The notes below the pieces were generated by a model that worked only from the letters and a program-made list of their open reading frames with translations, had not been told where the DNA came from and ran no database searches. Positions 9,949 to 19,681 of a stretch of 64,000 bases of DNA are shown one piece after another. This DNA is from Candidatus Omnitrophota bacterium (lineage in GTDB: Bacteria > Omnitrophota > Gorgyraeia > Gygaellales > Profunditerraquicolaceae), in NCBI GenBank assembly GCA_018825985.1, contig JAHKAP010000071.1, forward strand, positions 7,556 to 71,555, written 5' to 3'. Positions within the stretch are counted from its first letter, which is position 1. Every line of letters starts with the position of its first letter. Position numbers and translations under genes: made by a program.

Positions 9949-10703
9949 TGTTTTAATAATACCCCTATACCTGCTCCGGATTGCCCGCGATTTTCAATGA
10001 TCTCATTATGCTGATAATTATTTTTTATCTCGTTCCAGAATTTATTTACCTGTGCTCCCGGCTCCGGCGGATTCGGGGCAATATCATGAAACGCTATCAG
10101 CGCGCGGTTATTAAGCAGCGCGGAATACATTTCAAAATCTTCTTTTACCCCCTCATAAGTATGGTCACCGTCTATATAAAGGCAATCTACCTTTCTTCCG
10201 TTTAAGATATTCTCCAACTTATGCAATATACTTTCCTGGTGCGAATCGCCCCTGATCAGATATAACTTTTGCCGCTTAAAGGCAAATGACCTATAAAAAG
10301 GCGCCCTCCAGACTGGATATCCCCCGCCGAATTTGCCATAACTCAGGTCTATGCTCACGATAATAGCGTTATCTGCGGCAGCCCGGCTTAAAAGAAAAAG
10401 CGTCCCGCCGCAGGCAGTGCCGATCTCAACTACCACTTCCGGCCTGGCCCTGGCAACAGCTTTAATAAACTCCAGGAGTTCACTTTTGACCTGAAAAGGC
10501 CTGATTAAACCATGGCAACGGTTAAACACAAAATCAACCAGTTCTTCTAAACTATAATTACGGGTTATATCTTTAAGCGTAAATGAATAATAAAACGCTA
10601 ACACTATGTTAACCGGATAACCGATCACTTTTATTAACAGGCCAAAAATCCCTTTTTTCATAACGATCAAGGTTGCCTGCCGGAAAGAATATCCCATGGC
10701 CAT
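9945..10703 (-). CDS. Class I methyltransferase (Methyltransf_24-like)
   Basis: VVEIGTACGG; IDGDHTYEGV; AFHDI. Confidence 0.85.
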   Translation of the reverse strand: MAMGYSFRQATLIVMKKGIFGLLIKVIGYPVNIVLAFYYSFTLKDITRNYSLEELVDFVFNRCHGLIRPFQVKSELLEFIKAVARARPEVVVEIGTACGGTLFLLSRAAADNAIIVSIDLSYGKFGGGYPVWRAPFYRSFAFKRQKLYLIRGDSHQESILHKLENILNGRKVDCLYIDGDHTYEGVKEDFEMYSALLNNRALIAFHDIAPNPPEPGAQVNKFWNEIKNNYQHNEIIENRGQSGAGIGVLLKQ

Positions 10704-10710
10704 TTACCTC

Positions 10711-11553
10711 TTAAGGTAAAAAATCATTGTTTCTGCCCAAATTGCCCCTCAGCCCGTCCCATATGCCTCTAAAAACTGCTCTTATTTGCCCTTTATACTT
10801 GCTTCTGCCGCAAAATCCGAATAATAATATTGCCTTCATGGCATAAGCAAAAACCATTGCCAGATTATAATAATCCCGGTATTCCAGGTATACATTTACC
10901 TGATTTCGATGGGCATAATAAATCCGGAACGCGTCTTCATAGATTATACCCTTAATACCGCCGACGCTGAATTTTATTTTATCAGTTGATCGCCTCTCTA
11001 TTACTATGCTTTTAGGTGCCCAAAAAATTACATAGCCGTGTTTATTCATCCGCATAGAATATTCGACATCCTCGGCATATAAAAAATATTCTTGTCTAGG
11101 CAGACCGATATCATTAATGAGCTCTCTTGATATCATTGTCCCGCGCCAGGCAAAACCTTTAGTCCTGATCGGCAGGCTGCCGGGTAATTGGCCGGCGCAG
11201 CTTCTTATCGCGCCCAGCCGGATATAATCCTGCCATTTTAAAAGCATTTCTAAAGCATCGGCTTTTACTGAAACATCATCATCCAACAACCAAATCAAAT
11301 CATTGTTTTCACAGGCGACCTTCACCCCCTCGCAATAACCTCCTGCGCTTCCCATATTAGATTCCAGTCGGGCGTAGCGCGCTAACCCCGACATCCCATT
11401 TACAATCTCTTTAGTATTATCATCAGAAGCATTATCAATAACAATTATTTCATTTGGCTTTAAGGTCTGGTTAGCAAGTTCAACTAAAAGGCTTCTTAAC
11501 ATATCCGCGTTGTTATAAGTTACAATTACCACGCCTACTTTTGCCAATCTCAC
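10711..11553 (-). CDS. Glycosyltransferase family 2
   Basis: VIVTYN, DNASDD, NMGSAGG, LDDD, EDVEYS. Confidence 0.9.
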   Translation of the reverse strand: MRLAKVGVVIVTYNNADMLRSLLVELANQTLKPNEIIVIDNASDDNTKEIVNGMSGLARYARLESNMGSAGGYCEGVKVACENNDLIWLLDDDVSVKADALEMLLKWQDYIRLGAIRSCAGQLPGSLPIRTKGFAWRGTMISRELINDIGLPRQEYFLYAEDVEYSMRMNKHGYVIFWAPKSIVIERRSTDKIKFSVGGIKGIIYEDAFRIYYAHRNQVNVYLEYRDYYNLAMVFAYAMKAILLFGFCGRSKYKGQIRAVFRGIWDGLRGNLGRNNDFLP

Positions 11554-11562
11554 TCCTTTTTC

Positions 11563-11621
11563 TTAGGGACAGCGACTATTTTTCTTCATTATATCGATAG
11601 AAAAATAGTCGCTGTCCCTAA
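11563..11621. repeat. REP hairpin, family A (GGGACAGCGACTATTTT), inside the 3' end of a CDS
   Basis: ttagggacagcgactatttttct / agaaaaatagtcgctgtccctaa, perfect 23-bp IR with 13-nt loop. Confidence 0.95.
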
Positions 11622-12738
11622 TTAAAATCTTTATATACAAGCCTGTGATTAACTCTAGTTGCCTCTGGACAGTATAAAACTGTTCAACCTTTTTTATTCC
11701 TTCGCTGATGATACTGTCTCTTAAGTCCGCATCGCTTAGAATTTTTTTAACCGCTTCTTTTATTGCCTCCGGGTTTTTGGATTGAACTAAAATCCCGGAT
11801 ACGCCGTCCTCGATTATCTCTCTTAACCCCCCGATATCTGAGGCTACGACAGGCACGCCAATGGCCATCCCTTCAATAGCTATACGGCCAAAACCTTCAG
11901 TCTTGAGGCCTTTTTTGCTTTTTATCTCTATTGATGGTATTACCAGGATATCTAATGCCGCGATAACATTAAATATATTTTCCTTAAAACCCGTAAAGTA
12001 AAAATATTCCCGCATATTTAGATCACTGACCCGCTTTTTTAAATAAGTGAGGTAATCCTCTTCTGCCTGATTGCCTATGAATATATCTCCAATTATAAAA
12101 AAAACAGCGCCAGGGATCTCTTTCTTTAATAAATAGGCTGATTCTATAAAATATTCATACCCTTTCCAGGGGTCTATTCTGCCCACACTGCCGATTAGCA
12201 ATACATCTTTATTAAGAGAATATTCCTGCCTTAATCCAGCAGGGACGATGGGTCCCGGCGCCTCCACGGCATTCGGTATGATAATAAATTTATCTTTATA
12301 TCCAACAAATCTCTTTGTAAATTCTTCAACCACCGCTTTTGAAACCGCAATAACTTTCCGGGAAAGCCCAACAAATAAACAATCCCTCCAGGTAAAAGGA
12401 AATATTACCCTGAGATGCCCGATAAAAGGAACGCCGCTTAAATAAGCAGCTATCCCAGAGCGCATATCCAGGGAATTTACATGCAATAAATCTATCCTGT
12501 ATTTTTTTATATAACGGATAATCCTTATTATGACCATGAGATCCTTAAGAAAACAATGACTGTTAAAAATACTCACATCTATATTAAGTTCCTGTATTCT
12601 TTTTATAAGCGGACCATCGGTATAACTTATTACGCAGGGTGAAAACTGGCTCCGGTCCAAATTCTTTAAAATAGATAGAAGGCTTACCTCTCCTCCGCCG
12701 ATCTGTCCGAATAATGAAATATATAATATATTCCTCAT
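11563..12738 (-). CDS. Glycosyltransferase family 4; last 19 codons derive from a REP hairpin
   Basis: GGGEVSL; EGFGRIAIEGMAIGVPVVAS. Confidence 0.9.
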   Translation of the reverse strand: MRNILYISLFGQIGGGEVSLLSILKNLDRSQFSPCVISYTDGPLIKRIQELNIDVSIFNSHCFLKDLMVIIRIIRYIKKYRIDLLHVNSLDMRSGIAAYLSGVPFIGHLRVIFPFTWRDCLFVGLSRKVIAVSKAVVEEFTKRFVGYKDKFIIIPNAVEAPGPIVPAGLRQEYSLNKDVLLIGSVGRIDPWKGYEYFIESAYLLKKEIPGAVFFIIGDIFIGNQAEEDYLTYLKKRVSDLNMREYFYFTGFKENIFNVIAALDILVIPSIEIKSKKGLKTEGFGRIAIEGMAIGVPVVASDIGGLREIIEDGVSGILVQSKNPEAIKEAVKKILSDADLRDSIISEGIKKVEQFYTVQRQLELITGLYIKILIRDSDYFSIDIMKKNSRCP

Positions 12739-12740
12739 AA

Positions 12741-13427
12741 TTACTCTTTAGCAAAACGTAAAATGAATAATACCCACAACGCCGCTACCCCATCCCTCCA
12801 AGAGATCTTCTTGCCATCTTCCTTAGTCCGGGGAAAATAAGAAATAGGCACTTCTTTAATATTGACCCCCCGCTTTAGGAGTTTAGCAGTAACTTCAGGG
12901 CAAAACTCAAACCCCCGGCATTTAAGCTGTAAAGATTTTAACAAGCTTGCCTCAATAACCTTGTAACAGGTCGGCTCATCGGTAATCCTTGAACCATAAA
13001 GAAAATTAGTCCACCAGCTCACTAATCGTCCTCCCCAGTAAAAATGCTTATAGGAATAACTATTGGACCGTTTAAGTATCCGCGAACCATAAACAACTTT
13101 TGATTCCCCGGATAGTATCGGCTGTATAAGCGCAGGGTAATCCTGAGGGCTGTATTCTAAATCCGCGTCTTGGATCAATATAATATCACCCGTTGTATCC
13201 TGAATCCCCCTTCTTATAGCCGCGCCCTTGCCCATGTTTTTTGCCAGGTTAAGGCAGATTACCTCAAAGCCGGAATTCTTGACCTTATCCAGCGTAGCAT
13301 CCGTTGAACCGTCATTAACCACTATAACCTCAAAATCAAAACCCAACCTTAAGTCAAATATCTGTTTTAAAACCTCACCTATTGTCCTTTCTTCATTATA
13401 TGCCGGGATAATAATGCTAAGTTTCAC
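12741..13427 (-). CDS. GT2, polyprenol-phosphate glycosyltransferase (DPM1/GtrB-like)
   Basis: IIPAYNEE, NDGSTD, GKGAA, QDADLEY, VYGSR, GKKISWRDG. Confidence 0.9.
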   Translation of the reverse strand: MKLSIIIPAYNEERTIGEVLKQIFDLRLGFDFEVIVVNDGSTDATLDKVKNSGFEVICLNLAKNMGKGAAIRRGIQDTTGDIILIQDADLEYSPQDYPALIQPILSGESKVVYGSRILKRSNSYSYKHFYWGGRLVSWWTNFLYGSRITDEPTCYKVIEASLLKSLQLKCRGFEFCPEVTAKLLKRGVNIKEVPISYFPRTKEDGKKISWRDGVAALWVLFILRFAKE

Positions 13428-13429
13428 TT

Positions 13430-14926
13430 TTAACCTTTCACTCTATAAATATAAGTCTTGGGTTCGATATCAGACTCATAGACCATCTCAAATTTATCTT
13501 TATATGCACTGACTAAAGGAAGTAAATAATCCCTGGATGAATCCCGGTATATCCTGCCGGCGTCAATTATAACATAATCAACTTTATTCCCCTGAATATA
13601 TTGATACTGTATTTTTGTATCTTTAGTCCTGATAAATGTCCTCACCCTCCGCCTATCAGCATAAACAAAAAGCCAGGCCGGCCTGCGGGATAAAATAATA
13701 CTTTTTTCGGGAGTATTTTTTTTGACCCAATCCGCAGCCTGGAGAAAAGACATCTCAACCGGAGTGAAAAATGGCTTTCTTTTGACTATCAACCATCGGA
13801 TATCCCCTGCGATATTAAGCAAAAGCATAAAAAACAACACCACATAAACCATCTTTTTCTTAGGCATTACTCTCTTTATCCCCAGGATAAGATAATATGT
13901 TATAAAAAATAGGATTGGCATGACATACCTTCCGCCATGATGGGTCCAGGAAAGGCAAAATACAAAAAAATAGATCACGCTATATACGTCCATTAAACCG
14001 AGGCCTTCTTTTCGCACTTTAACTATAAACCCAACCGCTATTAACAAAGCCAGGAGGCATCCTATCGCGAATTTAATGATAAATATCTTATCGTACGGAT
14101 CAATAAACGACAAAAAAGGATACGAATATAGGTCAGGCAACTCTTTGCCTATGGTAGCAGCCAGATTATAAAACCAGCGGTGAACAAAACCAAATAAATT
14201 TCCTGTTCTTAAGGCGAATTCTGAAACATAAGGCAGACGTCTTAAGAATACATTGGAAACCACCCAAAACACCGCAAAAACCAGAACAATAATAAAACAA
14301 ATTACTGACTTCTTGAATTCTTTTCTTAATAAAAAGAATACCGGAATAGATATTATCAAGGCCAGGCCCACCAGCCTGATATAATATGAAATAAATACCG
14401 CCAGTGTTCCAGCCAGCAGATATACAAATTTTTTCGATGAATTTATATCGGCATAGCGGCTGATAAGATATATTGCAATGGTGCTGAATAATATATAGGG
14501 TATCTCAGTCCGAAACTCGGCGGAATAATATACGATCTGTGGACTCAGGGCGATCAGGGGTATTACGAAAACCGTAAATTCATCTTTAAATAAGGCTTTA
14601 GGTATATAAAAAATAAAAAAAACAAAAATAAGCGATAGAATAAATGTCAGGAGCCTTAAAACATAATAATTCTTGGGAAAAAAATGCACCAAAGGCGCTA
14701 ACAAGGCTGGAAAACCATGCGGATAATTATTGATCATTGATTTAGTATGCTGATCGCTGTAACTATCGGCTTTGCCGGGAAGCATGGAATCCGCCATCAT
14801 AACATATATAGCGTCATCCTCATTCATGCCCAAAATGTTATTTAAGCCTGCGGAATAGAATATTCCCGCCAATATCAAAATCAATAAGCTTAAAGAAATT
14901 TTATGCCTATCTATCCTATTCGGCAT
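13430..14926 (-). CDS. GT-C fold (ArnT/PMT-like) membrane glycosyltransferase
   Basis: EDDAIY after the first TM, YPHGFPALL, TEIPY, RYVMP; many TM segments. Confidence 0.75.
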   Translation of the reverse strand: MPNRIDRHKISLSLLILILAGIFYSAGLNNILGMNEDDAIYVMMADSMLPGKADSYSDQHTKSMINNYPHGFPALLAPLVHFFPKNYYVLRLLTFILSLIFVFFIFYIPKALFKDEFTVFVIPLIALSPQIVYYSAEFRTEIPYILFSTIAIYLISRYADINSSKKFVYLLAGTLAVFISYYIRLVGLALIISIPVFFLLRKEFKKSVICFIIVLVFAVFWVVSNVFLRRLPYVSEFALRTGNLFGFVHRWFYNLAATIGKELPDLYSYPFLSFIDPYDKIFIIKFAIGCLLALLIAVGFIVKVRKEGLGLMDVYSVIYFFVFCLSWTHHGGRYVMPILFFITYYLILGIKRVMPKKKMVYVVLFFMLLLNIAGDIRWLIVKRKPFFTPVEMSFLQAADWVKKNTPEKSIILSRRPAWLFVYADRRRVRTFIRTKDTKIQYQYIQGNKVDYVIIDAGRIYRDSSRDYLLPLVSAYKDKFEMVYESDIEPKTYIYRVKG

Positions 14927-16070
14927 CCAGGATACCCTTAATACTCTCGCTTAATTTATCGGTGCTTAACGTTTCTTCCACCCTCTTGCGTGAATTTTCA
15001 CCCAGGCGTTTCCTGAATTCATCGTCAGAAAGAAGTTTTATTATCCCCGAAGATATTGCCTCAACATCCAATGGGTCTACCAGAATACCGGTAACCCCAT
15101 CCAAGACAGCGTCGGATATGCCGCCGCTCTTTCCGGCAATCACTGCTTTTGAGCAGGCAGCTGCCTCTAAAAATACGATCCCAAAACCCTCGACCTCCCC
15201 GCGTTCAGGGATCTCTCTACTAACTAAAACAAATATGTCGCAGGAATAATAATATCCTGGCAGTTCTTCATCTGCGATATTTCCCTCAAATACCACTTTA
15301 TCCTTAAGGCCTAAATCAGCAACTATTTGCCGCAGGCTTTGTTCGGCCGGGCCATCGCCGACTATATGATACATTGCCTCCGGGATCGCTTTAATTACAT
15401 TGGGCATTGCCCGGATCACTGATTCGTGATTCTTACTCTCTACCAGCCTGCCGACAGTTAAAATCACTTTTTTATTTTCTGATACACTATTTATCCGGCC
15501 GAAAAAAAACTCAAAACGACTCAGGTCAACTACCGGATTTAATACCATTGAATTTAACCCTTTTATTTCCCTTCCTAACAGATCCCGGGTATAACGGCTA
15601 ATGGCAAGGACTAAAGATGAATTTCGTAAAACAAGTTTCATTAGCCACATTGCCTTTTTATCTTTTAATGGCGCGTAAACATCCAGGCCATGAGCAAAAA
15701 CAAAATATGGTATGCTAAATATTTTACTTAATACCAGGGCTGCCGGGCCTATCAGAGACCAGGTATTGACAAAAACAGCCCTGACCGGATGAGATAAACA
15801 ATAAATAAAACCATAGATAAAGAAAATAAGCAGGCTGCGGAAATAATGGTCGAAGCACCTGCCCGCCCTTACCCCCTTCAGGCGTATGACCCGCAGGCCT
15901 GTTTTATCTTCATACTTTTCTGACACGCTTACTCCGGAAGTTATAACGGTTACCTCTTCCCCGGCGCCTTTAATTGCCCGGGCAATATCAAGGCTGTGCC
16001 TGGCCATACCTCCGCTCATCGGCGGAAAATCTATCGTAAGAAAAATAATTTGGCCTATTTTTTTCGGCAT
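14916..16070 (-). CDS. Glycosyltransferase family 4 (PimB-like)
   Basis: DFPPMSGGM; EGFGIVFLEAAAC; start moved to MPKK (16070) to reduce overlap. Confidence 0.9.
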   Translation of the reverse strand: MPKKIGQIIFLTIDFPPMSGGMARHSLDIARAIKGAGEEVTVITSGVSVSEKYEDKTGLRVIRLKGVRAGRCFDHYFRSLLIFFIYGFIYCLSHPVRAVFVNTWSLIGPAALVLSKIFSIPYFVFAHGLDVYAPLKDKKAMWLMKLVLRNSSLVLAISRYTRDLLGREIKGLNSMVLNPVVDLSRFEFFFGRINSVSENKKVILTVGRLVESKNHESVIRAMPNVIKAIPEAMYHIVGDGPAEQSLRQIVADLGLKDKVVFEGNIADEELPGYYYSCDIFVLVSREIPERGEVEGFGIVFLEAAACSKAVIAGKSGGISDAVLDGVTGILVDPLDVEAISSGIIKLLSDDEFRKRLGENSRKRVEETLSTDKLSESIKGILDAE

Positions 16071-16807
16071 ACCAGTAACTTCATTAAAGAGTTCTCTAGC
16101 GGACAATAAAAGCTATCAACCCAATAGCTGATTATTACACCCAATTCAGTCGCCGCAGCTGAAACCTTTTGCAACATTTCATTTTTAAAATATGCGAATA
16201 ACGTTCTCCCCATACAATTATAAATTGGAACAATTTCGATTATATCAATCGACTCTTCCTTAAATATACGCCTGTATTCATCTAATCTGCGATAGCGCAC
16301 ATGAGCCGCAGAGCCTGCAACAGGATTTAATGAATCAGTGACCAGTATCCAGGCGCCGGACTTTGCGGATAAGCCGATATTTTTAAGCGCCGAATTAAAT
16401 CCCTGATCATCTACAATATGATAAAGCACATCAAAGATATTGATTATATCAAATTTATCCATCCCTGGATACGGCTCAAGGCTTATATCAACCTGATGAA
16501 ACTCCTGCCCGGGAAATCTTTGCCGCAAAAGCTTAACACTGATATCGGTAATGTCTATTCCGGATACTGACTTAGCTCCTTTTTTTAAGTAATATTCAAT
16601 AAAAAAACCCGTGCCGCAGCCAATGTCTAAGACCTTGGCCCCTTTTACCGCTACGTCATGCCTGGCCAGGCCAAAGCTTAACTTTTTAGCTTTTAGTCTG
16701 TACATATAATAATTATGCACCCGGCTAAAGCCGGTATGCCCTGACCCTAAAAGCGAAAAATCTTTCTTAAACCTCTCCTGCCAAAAATCCTTTGCTTGAT
16801 AAACCAT
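16055..16807 (-). CDS. Class I SAM-dependent methyltransferase
   Basis: VLDIGCGTG; DVLYHI. Confidence 0.85.
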   Translation of the reverse strand: MVYQAKDFWQERFKKDFSLLGSGHTGFSRVHNYYMYRLKAKKLSFGLARHDVAVKGAKVLDIGCGTGFFIEYYLKKGAKSVSGIDITDISVKLLRQRFPGQEFHQVDISLEPYPGMDKFDIINIFDVLYHIVDDQGFNSALKNIGLSAKSGAWILVTDSLNPVAGSAAHVRYRRLDEYRRIFKEESIDIIEIVPIYNCMGRTLFAYFKNEMLQKVSAAATELGVIISYWVDSFYCPLENSLMKLLVCRKK

Positions 16808-16845
16808 ATTTAGGCTTTCGCTGGACCTGAAAAATAAAATGTTTT

Positions 16846-16970
16846 GATTCCAATGATTACCATAAGATTACAAAGATTAAATCGCCGGAATCTTATTTTC
16901 CCGCTACTTAACATAGTCAGCGGGATCCCGCCTACTATTAGATTTGCTTGCGGGAAAAATCTCTGTAATC
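16846..16970. repeat. Empty family-B element with a nested CCCGC/GCGGG double hairpin
   Basis: gattccaatgatt 16846, gattacaaagatt 16866, aatcgccggaatc 16880, aatctctgtaatc 16958; insert ttttcccgc...agcgggatcccgc...gcgggaaaa at 16896-16958. Confidence 0.75.
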
Positions 16971-17008
16971 CTAATACTTATTTTGTACTTGTCTTTATAA
17001 GAACTTTC

Positions 17009-17914
17009 TTAGCTCTTAAATGCCAAAAGCGCCAGGTCTGAATTGAATTGATTAGTATAACCAGGCTTAATTGGCTTGATACTGAACAAATCCCTGGCTT
17101 GCGAAAGCCTATCCCGCAAATAAAGCCTGACATCTTCAGCGCTGCCCTGATCATCTATTCTTTTTGCCGCGAGTCCCGTTTTCCATCCTTTGATAATATT
17201 TCGTATCGGCCAAGGCAGGATATCTCCGACAGCAGATACAAAACCCCTGGCATAATACTTAAAGTCACCCGACCATTCGCCATTATGTATAACGTAATGG
17301 CTTTTAAAACCCGCCTTTTCCGACATAATATTCAATTCCCGAGCTGAAAAAGGAACCTCAACGTCGATCTCCCAGGTTTTAGTCAGCATACGGAAAAGCC
17401 TCACAATTTGATACCAGGGACAAGCTTTATTAGGCACGCTGATATGGGCAAAACCTCCGGTTTTAAGCAGGTCTTTATGGTATATAAGGCATTGTATCCT
17501 TAAATTGCCGCTAAAATGCTCCATAAGCCCGGATGAGACCACCAGATCAAAATTTTCCCTTAGTTTATCCTCAGGGACCTGAAGACAATCAGCGTTTATT
17601 AATTCCGGCTGGCAGCCATACATCTGATATATAGCTTTTGCCAACCCTAGAGCCTTTTGGTTAAAATCTATCAAAGTAACAGATGAACCCATAAGCGCGA
17701 AGGAAAGCGCTGTTGTCCCTGTGCCACAGCCTACTTCAGCAATCCTTAATTTATCCAATGAGATCCCTTTTTCTATAATAATCCTTATTGCCTCCATCCA
17801 ACTCCTCTGGGATGCCATATTTTTAATCCGTATATTCATCATGTCAAACGACATATTTAATTTAGGATCCCAAATTGATTTTTTAGTTTGACTATTCATG
17901 GGCCAAAAACTCAA
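17009..17914 (-). CDS. Class I SAM-dependent methyltransferase
   Basis: IAEVGCGTG; FDLVVSSGLMEHF; GGFAHISVPN. Confidence 0.85.
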   Translation of the reverse strand: MSFWPMNSQTKKSIWDPKLNMSFDMMNIRIKNMASQRSWMEAIRIIIEKGISLDKLRIAEVGCGTGTTALSFALMGSSVTLIDFNQKALGLAKAIYQMYGCQPELINADCLQVPEDKLRENFDLVVSSGLMEHFSGNLRIQCLIYHKDLLKTGGFAHISVPNKACPWYQIVRLFRMLTKTWEIDVEVPFSARELNIMSEKAGFKSHYVIHNGEWSGDFKYYARGFVSAVGDILPWPIRNIIKGWKTGLAAKRIDDQGSAEDVRLYLRDRLSQARDLFSIKPIKPGYTNQFNSDLALLAFKS

Positions 17915-18729
17915 TCTCTCCTGGCGATTATGCCGCCATATTCCTTGATGCTGTTGATTGGTTCACCCTTTAAATTATCAATCCGGTAACCTGAGCTTTT
18001 TAGAATTGATATGATTGCCAAGTCTGTTGTGCCATAATCTTTCCAGGCATAGGGGTGCATCTCAATAAAGATTGCCCTGGGAAAACCCTGGCCCCTACGC
18101 AATATATTTTGCGCGCCCATCAGGACCTTTTCCTCATAACCCTCAACATCGATTTTAATTATATCTAGTTTCTCTCCGGAAAAAAAATCATCCAGGGTCG
18201 TGCACGCAACTTCGGTCGCCTTTTTTGTTTTAAGCTTTTCATTAGCAATAACCGCGGAGGTAGATGCAGACAGATTATTAAATTTTATCCTTCCGGGGCG
18301 ATCGCCCACGGCTAAACCCGCTATTTCCAAGGTAGAGCTGAATTTATATCTTTTAACAATCTTTTTTAAGAATTTCAGGTTAGCCGGATCAGGCTCAAAA
18401 GCCACAACCTTCCCATTAGCCCCCGCCCGTTTGGCTAAGGCAAAGGTATAGAATCCGAAAAAAGCGCCTACATCGGCTATGGTGTCCCCCGGCCGCACCT
18501 GCCGCATCATCCCATTCCAAAACTCAGTCTCATACTTTTCTGTAAAATGCCTTAAATAATGGGGTATATAAATAATATCGGTTTTGCTTATTTTACGCTG
18601 CAATAGATCGCCATAGATCAACTTAAGTGAGTATTCGTATGCCGGAGTAATCAGCCTCCAGAAAAAATTAAGTTTTCTTAATACCGGTAAATTCCTGATC
18701 ATCCTGGCAGATTTTTCGATAATATACAT
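17911..18729 (-). CDS. FkbM family methyltransferase
   Basis: DVGAFFG, AFEP, IKIDVEGYE. Confidence 0.9.
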   Translation of the reverse strand: MYIIEKSARMIRNLPVLRKLNFFWRLITPAYEYSLKLIYGDLLQRKISKTDIIYIPHYLRHFTEKYETEFWNGMMRQVRPGDTIADVGAFFGFYTFALAKRAGANGKVVAFEPDPANLKFLKKIVKRYKFSSTLEIAGLAVGDRPGRIKFNNLSASTSAVIANEKLKTKKATEVACTTLDDFFSGEKLDIIKIDVEGYEEKVLMGAQNILRRGQGFPRAIFIEMHPYAWKDYGTTDLAIISILKSSGYRIDNLKGEPINSIKEYGGIIARRD

Positions 18730-19652
18730 TATTTATTGTTCAAGTAAGTCTTAACGCCCTTTATTTTACCGGTCAGCGCGTAGATGGATTCCAAAAACTT
18801 TTGGGGCCTTAGGTGCCTTATCCCGTAAAAGATAACCGGAAAAATACCCGGGCATGTTTTATCACCCAGGAATAATTCACAACAAACCATAGCTATCTTT
18901 CTTAGGCCCTTAAAGTGTTTTAGCTTGACATAAATACTGTTATGATGAAGCCCGATTATCATCTCTTTAGTCTTATCAACAACGGACTCTCTGTCCGTAG
19001 TAACCTGGTGATGGAATACTCTCACCTTTGGATCGGATATTATTTTATATCCTTTGCCTCTGATAGTTAAACAAACATCATCTTCAAACCTGCGCCAGTA
19101 AGGCAAAAGGTTTTCATCAAAAAATCCCAGCAATTCACGTTTAAAACTCATGTTCGCTCCCCTGAGAGAATAGACCTCTTCAAGCCTATAGGGAATCTTA
19201 TCGGTATTATTATTGCGCCTGCCCCACCAGCTCATCCGGGCAAAAGAATCCGTATATTTTATTACCGCAGCGCCGTCAATAAAGGGGATAATCGGGCCCC
19301 CTACGCCTCCGGTATTAGGATCCGATTCAAAATCAACTACTATTGAGCTTATCCAATCATCAGGCGCAAAGGCATCATCATCAATGAAACAAACAATTTC
19401 ACCCCGGGCTATTTCTAAACCATGGTTCTCGGCGTAGACTATATTTTGTTTATCAACAACAACTTGCTGGATAACCCCTGAGTTATCAACGCTCTCCCGG
19501 ATTTCCTCTATGGCCGCGCAGGTTTCCTGATCATCGGCAGAAATGGCTAGAATGATCTCTAACGGATGATAAACTTGCTTTAGCAATGACTCCAGGCATC
19601 TTCTAAGGTATTGGGAGCGCTTATATGTCGGGACGATCACTGAAACATTCAT
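18729..19652 (-). CDS. Glycosyltransferase family 2
   Basis: VIVPTYKR, FIDDD, GANMSF, FED. Confidence 0.9.
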   Translation of the reverse strand: MNVSVIVPTYKRSQYLRRCLESLLKQVYHPLEIILAISADDQETCAAIEEIRESVDNSGVIQQVVVDKQNIVYAENHGLEIARGEIVCFIDDDAFAPDDWISSIVVDFESDPNTGGVGGPIIPFIDGAAVIKYTDSFARMSWWGRRNNNTDKIPYRLEEVYSLRGANMSFKRELLGFFDENLLPYWRRFEDDVCLTIRGKGYKIISDPKVRVFHHQVTTDRESVVDKTKEMIIGLHHNSIYVKLKHFKGLRKIAMVCCELFLGDKTCPGIFPVIFYGIRHLRPQKFLESIYALTGKIKGVKTYLNNK

Positions 19653-19681
19653 TTACAGGCCTTTAAAATATAATCCTATCC

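Noticed and set aside
16844-17041. 65-aa plus-strand ORF over an intergenic gap
   Set aside because: It is a translation of the nested repeat element, starts at TTG with no RBS and overlaps the end of a methyltransferase gene
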